Origin: Octopus sinensis
Taxonomy: Eukaryota
Assembly: GCF_006345805.1 (NCBI RefSeq)
Contig: NC_043003.1
Location: 103,912,001 to 103,976,000, forward strand
DNA: 64,000 bases
Reading direction: 5' to 3'
Part shown: piece by piece, positions 38,891 to 49,948 of the stretch
Layout of the letters: each line of letters begins with the position of its first letter
Numbering within the stretch: the stretch's first letter is position 1
Translations under genes and position numbers: made by a program
The notes under the pieces: model-generated
Databases searched by the model: none
Told to the model about the DNA's origin: nothing
What the model saw: the letters and a program-made list of their open reading frames with translations, nothing else

Positions 38891-39515
38891 ATACTTAGGA
38901 TGTCAGGAGCATTATACTGGACAAATAAAAATTTTACATCATCAATGACCCTGCATAGATTTCAAATTAAAATATGGGACTACAAATAGGACACAGTGAA
39001 TATAAACAAATGTGCAGGTAACAAACTTCATAATTTTTCTCTATATAAATTTGGTGATGATAAAACATCAAGAGCACAAAGAAATGTTCTCCATTATCAA
39101 AGTAGCAACCACATCTAAATTCCTATCGAAGAGAAAGGGAGACAACAACAACCACCATCAAAACTGCAACCCTTACTGGGGACACCACAACTATTACTAG
39201 GTTATAGATAGACAACTGCTATAAACTAACACCACCACTACTACTAGCTAGATGAATGACTACTACAAGCCATTGGGAACAGTAGCTATTGCAGCTACTA
39301 CTACTGCTGCTGCTACTGCTACTGTCCTTCCTTCCTCCCACCACCAACAAATCTACCTCCATTAATTTTATTAACTGGCTGTCATTGTCAACTAGCAACA
39401 ATCAAAAGGAAATGAAATACAGTGCCATGTAATTTTTATAAAAAGAATATGTAAAATTCCAGAACTGATATTAGGAAAATTTGATTCAATTTATTTCAAT
39501 TTTTTTCCCGTTGTA

Positions 39516-39571
39516 TTTTAGCATGAAGAAGTCATCTTAAATGACTGAAACTGGAAGCTGCTTAGCTAAAA
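39516..39571 (+). ncRNA. Degenerate type I hammerhead-ribozyme-like motif
   Basis: Stem I ttttagc/gctaaaa; core aTGAAGA (C3 replaced by A); stem II agtca/tgact; then GAAAC ... TTA cleavage-type triplet. Lies downstream of the Penelope remnant on the same strand. Confidence 0.5.
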
Positions 39572-40247
39572 ATGTGCATGTCTTCCTGCTTTCCATGTTA
39601 AACTTCTTTAAGCATTTTTCTTCTTCATATTTCTTCAATCTATATTTACTTATGTGTCACCTCTTAACCTTTTTTATATGTGTGTGTTTGAGCCTGTCTC
39701 TGCACCACTTGACAACCTGTGTTGGTGTGTTTACTTCCTCGTAACTTAGTAATTTGCAAAAGAGACTGACAGTGCTAGACTTTAAAATGGACTACTAGGG
39801 TTAATTTGTTTGACTAAATCCCTTTAAGCTGTGCTCCAGCATGGCTGCAGTTCAATGACTGAAGCAAGTAAAAGATTATGGCTGCCAAATCTATTTCTAA
39901 ATGTGCTGAAAAGGAAAAAAACTTTGGAGAGTGTAGATATGCCAACAGACGAGATGATTATAAATGGAATGTCTCTGAGTGTAACCTGTCCGATCAGGGC
40001 TGATCTGGGGATACAAATACAAATAATATATGAAAAATTTTGTTCAAAACATATATATAGACAACCAAAAATTAGTTTTATAAGAGATTAAAATGTTTTA
40101 TTTATTTTTGATTAGTAAAAAAATACTGATTCAAACATTTAAAAAAATAAATTATCCAATTTAAAATAATTTAAAAGAGCAAGAAATAAAAAATACTTAT
40201 AAAACTTATTGAATTTATTTCATGGCAAGGCAAGAGACTGTATCATG

Positions 40248-40391
40248 TCATCATCATCATTTATTATCCATGTTCCATGCTGGAATGGGTCGGCTGGTCC
40301 GAGAGGATCAAACAGGTCCAGGGACTGCATTGTGCTCATCTGTTTATTTTGATATGGTTTTTAAGGCTGGATGCCCTTCATATGTGAATTA
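40248..40391 (-). mobile_element. Old RTE 3'-end fragment directly after the ZNF-3 stop codon
   Basis: (CAT)n-ttattatccatgttccatgctggaatgggtcgg...ggctggatgccctt aligns with the RTE tail at 9460-9600. Confidence 0.65.
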
Positions 40392-41315
40392 TCATAAGGG
40401 GGCACTATTGTGTGTCCGAAGATGTGTGTTCAACGTTGACTTCCTGGAGAAGTTGTTTCCACAAATTTCACAGTGGAATGGTCTTTCCCCCGTGTGTCGC
40501 AGGCCATGTCTTTTCAAAGTAGATCTATCTGCAAAATTCTGACCACAGATTTCACAACTGAAAGGTTTTTCCCCTGTGTGAACTCTGAGATGTCCAGTCA
40601 GAGAATCACTTGACACAAACCCTTTCCCACAAACAACACACTGAAATGGTTTCTCGCCAGTGTGAATTCTTCTGTGACGACTCAATGTTGACCGTTCACC
40701 AAAGTTCCTCTCACAGATATCACAGGAATAGGGTTTTTCTCCCGTGTGTGTTTTTAAGTGGTTCGTTAAATCACTTTTACGAGAAAACCCTTTGTTACAA
40801 ATGTCACATTGATATGGTCTTTCCCCAGTGTGAACCCGAAGATGACTCTTTAATTCACTCATATAAAAGAAACCCTTTTTACAGACCTGACATTTTAATG
40901 GTTTTTCTCTATCTGTAGACTTTTTGCGTTTTTTGTCGTTTTCATGGCGACGGGTCACTTCACCAGTGTGAATTTTAATATGTTCTTTTAAACAATAACT
41001 CCTGGAAAATAGTTTATCACAAGTCATGCACTGGAAAGGTTTCTCACCACTGTGTATTGCCATATGATTTACTAAAGTGCTGTTGTAACCAAAGTTTTCT
41101 CCACATATTTCGCAGCTGTAAGGCTTCTCCTTGGTGTGGACCCTCCTGTGTCTCTTGTAATTAGAGTTGTTGTTGAAGCCTTTATCACATATTTCACAAT
41201 TATATGGTTTCTCTCCTGCATGGATCCTCATGTGATTTACCAAATCTCCCTTTTGTAGAAAGGATTTCTCACAAACATTACATGTATAAGGCTGCACTGT
41301 TACTTGATTTTGCAT
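40392..41315 (-). CDS. C2H2 zinc-finger protein (4+6 fingers, basic linker), ZNF-3
   Basis: Ten fingers with TGEKP linkers, and KKRKK between fingers 4 and 5. First in-frame ATG at 41315, acceptor ttttcatttaatttcag ending at 41433 (minus), AATAAA at 40219-40214. Confidence 0.93.
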   Translation of the reverse strand: MQNQVTVQPYTCNVCEKSFLQKGDLVNHMRIHAGEKPYNCEICDKGFNNNSNYKRHRRVHTKEKPYSCEICGENFGYNSTLVNHMAIHSGEKPFQCMTCDKLFSRSYCLKEHIKIHTGEVTRRHENDKKRKKSTDREKPLKCQVCKKGFFYMSELKSHLRVHTGERPYQCDICNKGFSRKSDLTNHLKTHTGEKPYSCDICERNFGERSTLSRHRRIHTGEKPFQCVVCGKGFVSSDSLTGHLRVHTGEKPFSCEICGQNFADRSTLKRHGLRHTGERPFHCEICGNNFSRKSTLNTHLRTHNSAPL

Positions 41316-41728
41316 TTTATACAACCCTCGGCATGGTGATACATACAAGACTTGTTATCGCTCACAGGATGATAGCATTATCCAAAGTAGTGCAATGTCT
41401 GGGACTTGAAATTGTTCTGCAATTAAGACAACCTGAAATTAAATGAAAAGGAAATGTTTGATTACAAATTACAAGAAGTCTCTCCCTTCATCTCTCAGTG
41501 TATTGTTTTATTGCTTAGCCACAGGAGGAATGCCTGAAATTAGGATCTTTTCAGAGCCTCACAGACAGATAAAAGATAGCTATTCTCAACTTGGAAACCA
41601 GCAACAGAATGGACTCAGTCAATAGTACCAAAGATGTCAGGTGGTAGTGTTAAAGGGTGAAAGACCCCCTTCAGTCATAAATGACCATGAGATCGAACCT
41701 AGAAAGTTCCCCTCCATGGTACAAGTCC

Positions 41729-41948
41729 GGCGAGCGGACAGAAACGTTAGCACGCTGGGCAAAATGCTTAGCAGTATTTCGTCTGCAGCTATGTTCTGAG
41801 TTCAAATTCCACTGAGGTCGACTTTACCATTCATCCTTTCTGGGTCGATTAAATAAGTACTAGTTATGCACTGGGGTCGATATAATCGACTTAGTCTGTC
41901 CTTGTTTGTCCTCTCTGTGTTTAGCCCCTTGTGGGTAGTAAAGAAATA
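41729..41948 (+). mobile_element. SINE family B with 10-bp TSD
   Basis: TSD ggtacaagtc at 41718-41727 and 41949-41958. Confidence 0.85.
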
Positions 41949-42829
41949 GGTACAAGTCTAGGCAAATTTGTTTATGGAAGGCCAGCAGTTGCCCATGCAT
42001 ACCAGTTTCTCCTCTCCACACCACCAATGTTAACCAAGTGAAAGGCAAGGGCTTGATACCAGTGACGCCGCAACTCATTTTCATTTCTGCAGCTGAGTGA
42101 ACTGGAGCAACATGATATAAAGTGTCTTAATCAAGAATACAACACACAGTGCAGTCCAGGATTTGAACTCACTACCTCATGATTGTGAACCCGATACTCG
42201 AACCAGTGAGCCATGCACCTCCACAGGTGTTAAACCCGATGAAACAGGAACCTAAACATTCTTTTCTACTCTAGACATAAGGCCCGAAATTTTGGGGGAG
42301 GGGGCCAGTCGATTAGATCAACCCCAGTACGCAACTGGTGCTTAATTTTTTGACCCCAAAAGATGAAAGGCAAAGTCGACCTCAGCTGAATTTGAACCCA
42401 GAATGTAAAGAGAGACAAAATACTGCTAAGCATTTCGCCCGGTGTGCTCATGTTTCTTGCCAGCTCGCCACCTTCAGGAACCTAAACATTACCAATTTAC
42501 TATTGCACTCACTGTTGGAGGTACACAACTCGTGTAACTATGCAATTCCAACTATGGATTTACTGATACCTGGGTGAATGTCAACACCTCAAAGGACAAA
42601 TCACTGCCTCTCTTTTTATGAATATATGTGTCATCATCATCATCATTTAGCATCTGCTTTCCATGCTAAATGGATTCGATGGTTTGACTGGAACTGGGAA
42701 GCTGGAGAGCTGCACCAGGCACCAGTTTGTTTTGACTTAGTTTCTATGTCTGGATGCCCTTCCTAATGCCAGCCTCTCCACAGAGTGTACTAAGTGCCTT
42801 ATATGAGTCACCAGTATGAATGCCTCTAA

Positions 42830-43287
42830 TGTAGAGATTTCAAACTTTAAATCTTCAAAGCCACAGTCGAACCAATTCTACTATATGGCTCAGAAACCTG
42901 GACGTTATCAAAGAAGCTTGAGAGGCGGTTGGATGGAACTTACACTCGTCTCCTTATGAGAGCTCAAAATCTCTCGTGGAGGCGTCATCCAACCAAAGTA
43001 CAAATATATGGGAAACTACCACCTGTATCATCTCTTGTGAAAGGTAGAAGAGTCCAGTTTGCAGGACATTGTTGTAGAGCTGAAAATGAGGTAATTTCTA
43101 CTCTTCTCCTCTGGAAGCCATCTGCTTGCGATACCAGAGGGTGCACACTCTCCTACCCTGATGTAATCTCCAGGGATACAGGCATCCAGCAACAGGACCT
43201 CCGTAATGCTATGATGGACCATGAAGTCTGGCGTAACATAGCAAATTCCATTGTCTCAACCACGGTCGAACAATGATGATGATGATG
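42830..43287 (+). mobile_element. Second RTE-group LINE family, 3' fragment
   Basis: FKATVEPILLYGSETWTL...LDGTYTRLL...RRVQFAGHCCR; the stop is followed directly by (GAT)n. Confidence 0.85.
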
Positions 43288-43936
43288 TCATCAGCATGAG
43301 TACCTGTGGTTAATAATATATAAGGGAAAGAGGGCATATATAAAATGACAAATAGTAGACCTAAACCTGCCTGAGACCATTCCTAGTTCTGTGTTACAAA
43401 CTTTCTGTTTTAAAGCGATCTAAATTTAAGCCTTTCATAAAACTGTTATACTAATTCATGTCTCAAATGCCAACTCAATCATGACAATGTTACTTTACTA
43501 AAATTTTCATTACTATCTAAATTAATAGAAACAGTGGCTATGTATTTCAAGAGAAATAGGGCAACAAAAGGGTTAAGTAGGGTCCAGCAGTGAAGGTGCC
43601 TGAACTGATTGAAGGCAATTAGTTGATAGAGTTTGGCACAGCTTTCCAGCTTGCCAGCCCTGGTCAAACTGTCCAACCCATGACAGCACGGACAACGGAC
43701 TTTAAATGATGATGATGATGATGATGACATAAATGGAGTATAGTAGCTTACATGGGTGAGAGATACCATCCACCACTACACAAATAACAATGATTACAAT
43801 TAGCTCTGATGCACATCTTTGAATTTGCAAAGCTGTTTAGCTATTGATATGACATTCCACAAAACGTGTGTGTTTATGGGGAGAAAAAATATTGAAAAGC
43901 ATCAAAACAGGTGAGAGTGACAAAGAAACTAAGAAG

Positions 43937-44799
43937 GTGGTTGTGGGACGTGCTAGAAATGAGTAATGTGGTTGTGGAATGTGCTAGAAATGAGTAATGT
44001 GGTTGTGGGACGTGCTAGAAATGAGTAATGTGGTTGTGGGACGTGCTAGAAATGAGTAATGTGGTTGTGGGACGTGCTAGAAATGAGTAATGTGGTTGTG
44101 GGACGTGCTAGAAATGAGTAATGTGGTTGTGGGACGTGCTAGAAATGAGTAATGTGGTTGTGGGACGTGCTAGAAATGAGTAATGTGGTTGTGGGACGTG
44201 CTAGAAATGAGTAATGTGGTTGTGGGGCGTGCTAGAAATGAGTAATGTGGTTGTGGGACGTGCTAGAAATGAGTAATGTGGTTGTGTGGGACGTGCTAGA
44301 AATGAGTAATGTGATTGTGGGACGTGCTAGAAATGAGTAATGTGGTTGTGGGACGTGCTAGAAATGAGTAATGTGGTTGTGGGACGTGCTAGAAATGAGT
44401 AATGTGGTTGTGGGACGTGCTAGAAATGAGTAATGTGGTTGTGGGGCGTGCTAGAAATGAGTAATGTGGTTGTGGGACGTGCTAGAAATGAGTAATGTGG
44501 TTGTGGGACGTGCTAGAAATGAGTAATGTGGTTGTGGGACGTGCTAGAAATGAGTAATGTGGTTGTGGGACGTGCTAGAAATGAGTAATGTGGTTGTGGG
44601 ACGTGCTAGAAATGAGTAATGTGGTTGTGGGACGTGCTAGAAATGAGTAATGTGGTTGTGGGACGTGCTAGAAATGAGTAATGTGGTTGTGGGACATGCT
44701 AGAAATGAGTAATGTGGTTGTGGGACGTGCTAGAAATGAGTAATGTGGTTGTGGGACATGCTAGAAATGAGTAATGTGGTTGTGGGACGTGCTAGAAAT
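43937..44799. repeat. 31-bp minisatellite, ~28 copies
   Basis: Unit gtggttgtgggacgtgctagaaatgagtaat, head-to-tail, few substitutions, no spacers. Confidence 0.97.
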
Positions 44800-45109
44800 C
44801 TCTCTTAAACCACATACTTTTCCATTTTAAAATATTTACAATATTTTATATTTTTTTTATACTGAAAAGGCTTCTCCCATAGTTTTTAAGTACATAGTGT
44901 AAAAAGATCAGGAAAGGAGGTGAAGTGGAAAAAACAATGGATAAATTTTCCAAACTTTTTTCCATAAAAAGATGCCCCTTATCATTTTGAAGGTTGTGGT
45001 GAAAACAAATTGAAAAGGTCCAATTTATGTGGGCATTCTGATCCAAAACTCTGCCTAGACATCACTACTATGACTACTATTACTGATGCTGGTACAACTA
45101 GTATTAACA

Positions 45110-46030
45110 ATTCTAATTTTGGCACAATGCCTGCAATTTCATGAGGAGGGTTTAATTGATACATCAATCCAGTGCTCAGCTGATACTTATTTTATAGAAC
45201 CCATCACAAAGGATGAAAGTCAAAGATGACCTTTACAGAATTTTGAACTTAGAACATAGAGTCAGAACAAATGCCATTAGGTATTTCGTCCTATTTTGTG
45301 AATCCACCACCCTTAAATTATTTTAAATTTAGACATATCACTAGCCATTTTGAGAGAAAGGGGCTCATGGATATCAACCCCAGTACTTTATTTCCTGAAA
45401 GTATAAAAGGCAAAGTTGACTGGTCAGATTTGAACCTAGAGTGTAAAGAATCAAAAGAAACGTCATAAAGCATTTTGTTTGTGCTCTAACAATTCTGCCA
45501 ATCTGCTACCCTTTCTACTGCAGGCACAAGGCCTGAAATTTGTAGGGAAGTAGGGCTAGTTAATTACATTGACCCCAGTATTCAACTATTACCTATATTA
45601 TCAATATCCAAAGGATTAAAGGCAAAGTTAACATCAGTGGTAGTTGAACTCAGAACATAATGAGCCAAGTAAAATGTTACTAAGCATTTCATCTGATGCC
45701 CTAATGATCCTGCCAGCTCACCACCCTAATAATAATAATAATATTGGTTTCAAATTTTAGCACAAGGTACTGAACTAGTACTTATTTTATTGACCTTGAA
45801 AGGGTGAAAGGCAAAGTCGACCTTGGGAAAATTTGGACTGAGAACCTTAAGACAGACAAAAGTGTTGCCTGGCCTGCTAATGTTTCTGTCAGCTCACTGC
45901 CTTCTAATATTGTTTTTAATTGAGGCCTGAAAAGAAATTTGGGGACTAGTCTATTATGTCAACTTCAGTACTCAACTGGTACTTTTATTTTATTGACTTA
46001 GGGATAAAAGATTAAGATCTTGGCAGGATT
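45110..46030 (-). mobile_element. Cluster of about five decayed SINE family B copies
   Basis: Repeated gatgaaaggcaaagt.gacct...tttgaact..gaac segments. Confidence 0.65.
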
Positions 46031-46209
46031 TGCTCTTGGAATGTAAAGAGCATTTTTAGCAACAAGTAAACAGCACATTTTAGCAGTTTGGCAATAAGAG
46101 ACCAACAAGTATCAAACATAAAAAAAAAAAATGAAGGAGTGTTCATATTTTCTTTAGAAATGGACGAGAAGTGAAAATTTTGCCAGTGTTGATGGTGGTT
46201 AGAATAATG

Positions 46210-46999
46210 GGTTAATATCTAGATCCGCACCCGGTGGAAAAAATGGAAACGCAAATGTGTAACAGTTGTAAGGCATCGTATATTGACCTAATAAGACGGA
46301 AAAAAAGGGCGCTGACGAACGGGGGTGGGGGAGGGGGTTCGGAAGGGGGGGGCAGTTCCCCCAGTTCTGAAAAAGATCGATAAATTCGACATGGGGTCGA
46401 GAATTTCAATTTTTTTGGTATTTTCAATATTTTTCAATATTTTTGCTAAAAATGCTTTATAGTTATTTCCCTTACAAACCCGAGCAACGCCGGGCGATAC
46501 TGCTAGTCTATATATATATTTTTTTTTATTTTACAAACAAAAAGTGAAAACTGAAGTAATGGAATTTGAATTTTTGAAGTTGCGATTGATAATTATTCTG
46601 TGACAATCAATAATATTGGGAAAATATAATCTGTACTTACCACATGCGTGGTAGATTTATGCCAACAATGCGTTTAAATGGTGAAAATTGATGGTAAATT
46701 TTTCTTTAAATCGTAGGCAATTTTCCGAGCCCCCCCCCCCCCGTTTGTCAGCGCGCTTTTTTTTCGTCATATTCCTTCAATATACGATGCCTTACACCTC
46801 TTACACATACTTTTTTCCATTTTTGCCACCTGGGCGTGGATCCTCTACGGTTGATCCTGGGAATTTTCCGACCCCCCCCCCCACCCCCGTTCGTCAGCGC
46901 CCTTTTTTTCCGTCTTATTACGTCAATATACGATGCCTTACAACTGTTACACATTTGCGTTTCCATTTTTTCCACCGGGTGCGGATCTAGATATTAACC
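46210..46999. mobile_element. TIR element with GG..CC ends and 8-bp TSD (Merlin/Mutator-like), containing a Helitron-like 3' end
   Basis: gaataatg|ggttaatatctagatccgcacccgg ... ccgggtgcggatctagatattaacc|gaataatg. Arms are ~135 bp, with an extra diverged arm copy at ~46720-46860. Confidence 0.85.
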
Positions 47000-47899
47000 G
47001 AATAATGTATTGTTAACACCTGTTAACATCATTGTGTATTATTTGTGGACACTGAGTGCAGTATTCTGAAACTACGTTGAAAGATGAAATCCATAATCGA
47101 CCTTGCCCGGACTTGCATGTCGGAGGGTAACTCTCTAGGTGCAATCCCATGGTCATTCATGACCAAAGGCAGTCTTTACCATTTACCCTTTACACAAGAT
47201 AGTACTAATTACTGTATTTCCCAGACTACAAGTCGAATTTTTCAGACGAAAGTTTACAGCAAGAACAAAACAAAAGAAAGCTAGGTTAACTATGTTTGAA
47301 TGTTTACAATTGTTTAAACTTTATGCTATGTTGACTTGGATGCTGGAAAATACAGCGGTCAGCATCTAAGCCACCTTCAAATCACAGCCTATAGGCATGA
47401 GTCTCTATGTTCTGCCAAGATATTCTTTTATCCCTAAGTCAATAAAATAAAAGTACCAGTTGAGTACTGAAGTTGACATAATAGACTAGTCCCCAAATTT
47501 CTTTTCAGGCCTCTATTAAAAACAATATTACAAGGCAGTGAGCTGACAGAAACATTAGCAGGCCAGGCAACACTCTTAGTAGCATTTTGTCTGTCTTAAT
47601 GTTCTGAGTCCAAATTCTTCCAAGGTTTTTATTCTTTTTTTTTTTTCACTCCACTTCGCCACCAAATCCTTTTTATAATTATTACGATAACCGTTTCGTT
47701 AAATCTTACTTCTGTAAAATAATAAAACTTCAGAAACTGAACAGAAATGTGACTTACAAAAGTTAACAACGACTTTATTTTTACTCATTCCTGCAATCCA
47801 CGACAGGTTAGAAATAGCAGCCGAATTCTCTCCATCACACTGTTATTACCTAATACAAGGAAAGAAACACAATGTAGACTTAAGATATAAAAAGGACTG

Positions 47900-48085
47900 G
47901 GTACTACTTGAGAACAGTGGTCCCGGTGCACGCACTGGCGTCGTCGCGCATCCGCGCTAGCTAGTTGTGACTAGCCGATCCTTACTTTGTCTTTTTGTGT
48001 GTTATTTTGTTTAAAAAAATTATTTACTTTGTGTAAAAAAACTACGAGTGTGCGCGCACCGGGACCACTGTTCACTAGTAGTACC
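47900..48085. mobile_element. MITE, internally deleted relative of 49041-49351
   Basis: ggtactacttgagaacagtggtcccggtgc ... gcaccgggaccactgttcactagtagtacc. TSD unclear. Confidence 0.8.
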
Positions 48086-48845
48086 CGACTAGGATATTTT
48101 TAATCAGAGCTGACCTGGGGCTCAACAATTACTCTGAATACTAACAAAGGACCCTCTGTGTTGGCACACTCCTTGCTAGAAATAACAGCCAAATCTTCTT
48201 AACTCACATGCTATCGTTTCAAGAATGGAAGGATAATGTAGTTCTAGATATACTATAGTTGACAAAAATAAACTGGAACGTCTTTGATCATATGGCTGAA
48301 GGTAAATAGTTAACCTATTGAACCAAAAGAAACCCAAAATCAACTGGTTAGTTCAGTATTTTAAGTGATTTACGCGATTTTAAGATGGAATGTGATTTAC
48401 GCGCTTGACCTAAGAAGCCCGTGTTTCCTAAGTTAGCGCGGTAAGGGAACTGGATCCCATAAAACAGGGTTGAATAATAATAAATACTAAAGAATTCGGA
48501 TAAATTCCAGAGCCTAAAATGTACACAGAACCAAAGAACAAAAACAGTGATCTGAATGTGATTTTCATTAGTAAGAAACAGGTACTTCGATTAGAGGTTG
48601 TGTTAACCTCATGAAGGGATGGTTTCATCCAAGGAAATACTTGTTCTATACCTAGTATTTTAAAGACTTGTGGGCGAAGTTTCGCTTTCGCCTCGCCTTG
48701 TGGGCCTAAACTTCGCCGTATTTAGATATTTCAACATACGGCCTGTTATGGAGTACCAATGTATGTGTATATATATATATTAGATATAGATATGTCAATT
48801 ATTCATTTGAACGCCAAGCGAAAGCGTTTAATTATAACCTGATTT

Positions 48846-48960
48846 ACTTACCCGAAAGAAAGCAATATTGCCGTGATACAATAGTAAAAATTTGAACAAT
48901 GCCTCCGCGGTTTCGAGTCACTGAGACGGTAAAGCGATCTCATAAGGAACGACAACTGGG
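48846..48960 (-). promoter_or_regulatory. Candidate non-coding upstream exon of ZNF-3
   Basis: CpG-enriched unique sequence with a consensus donor cgg|gtaagt on the minus strand at 48851-48846, upstream of the ZNF-3 acceptor. Confidence 0.35.
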
Positions 48961-49040
48961 GATGTACCCACAGCTTTAATCCCGGGTACAGATTTATGAT
49001 GCAAGGGTTGTATCGTGTATCAGTTGATCATCGTTAATTG

Positions 49041-49351
49041 GGCACTACTAGCGAACAGTGGTCCCGGTGCGCGAACACGCTCAGTCGCGCATCCGCGCTA
49101 GCTAATCGTGACTAATCGATCCTAAAACGACTACCTAGCAAAGTAAATAAAATACAAAATAAATAATTTTTTTACACAAAGTAAATAATTTTTGTTAAAC
49201 AAAGTAAATAAAACACAAAAACACAATAAATAATTTTTTAAACAAAGTAAATAAAAAAAATCAAAGTAAGGATCGACTAATCATGACTAGCTGGCGCGGA
49301 TGCGCGACTGTGCGCGTGCGAGCACCGGGACCACTGTTCGCTAGTAGTACC
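49041..49351. mobile_element. MITE with ~80-bp CpG-rich TIRs and 9-bp TSD
   Basis: cgttaattg|ggcactactagcgaacagtggtcccggtgc ... gcaccgggaccactgttcgctagtagtacc|cgttaattg. Confidence 0.88.
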
Positions 49352-49429
49352 CGTTAATTGAAATTATCGCCGCCGTCGGTTTTATCTCGTATCCGAAAAT
49401 TTAATTTCTTCTTTGCTTATCGCTTCCTT

Positions 49430-49948
49430 TATGGTAACGGCGTTGATTATGTCGATCAATTCTTTCGTAGAAGAGTCTATGGCACTGACTGCATGTTTGG
49501 TGGAGGACGAGGTCGATGCTTTGTCGAGCCTTTCTCACCTGCCGTTTGATTTCTTCCTTTTCTCTTCAGGTGGCTTCGAAGTTTTTGGTTCCAATGGTGG
49601 TGGAACACCGCCAGTTGGTACACGGTCTCGGGCTTGTGCCTCCAACGATTTAGGCTCAAGTCCAGTGGCTTTCAGTGTTGTTTTAAGTTGGTCCTTGTAT
49701 CTTTGAAGACCCTGTGGTCTTTTCTCTGAAGGGAGCTCACCGAATAAGACTTGGCATTGGGTATCTTGATTCTTCCAGACAGTGTTTTATGATGAGCGAT
49801 TCGATGCTTTGACTGTTGGTCCTTTCCGGGACTTTGTTATTGGTCACACAATATTCTCATTTGCTGTTCAAGATTGAACAACGCTTTTACTGCCGAAAGC
49901 CTTCTAATTCTTGGATATCGTGACGATATAGAATCCAAGTTTCGCAGT
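49430..49948 (-). mobile_element. RTE-BovB-like LINE 3' fragment
   Basis: Minus-strand translation CETWILYRHDIQELEGF...VTNNKV...QVLFGELPSEKRPQGLQRYKDQLKTTLK...EAQARDR. Confidence 0.75.

Noticed and set aside
43937-44799. CRISPR-like array of ~31-bp repeats
   Set aside because: Units are head-to-tail with no unique spacers, there are no cas genes, and the context is eukaryotic.
49413-49706. Plus-strand 97-aa ORF in a GC-richer patch
   Set aside because: Antisense to an RTE-BovB-like remnant.
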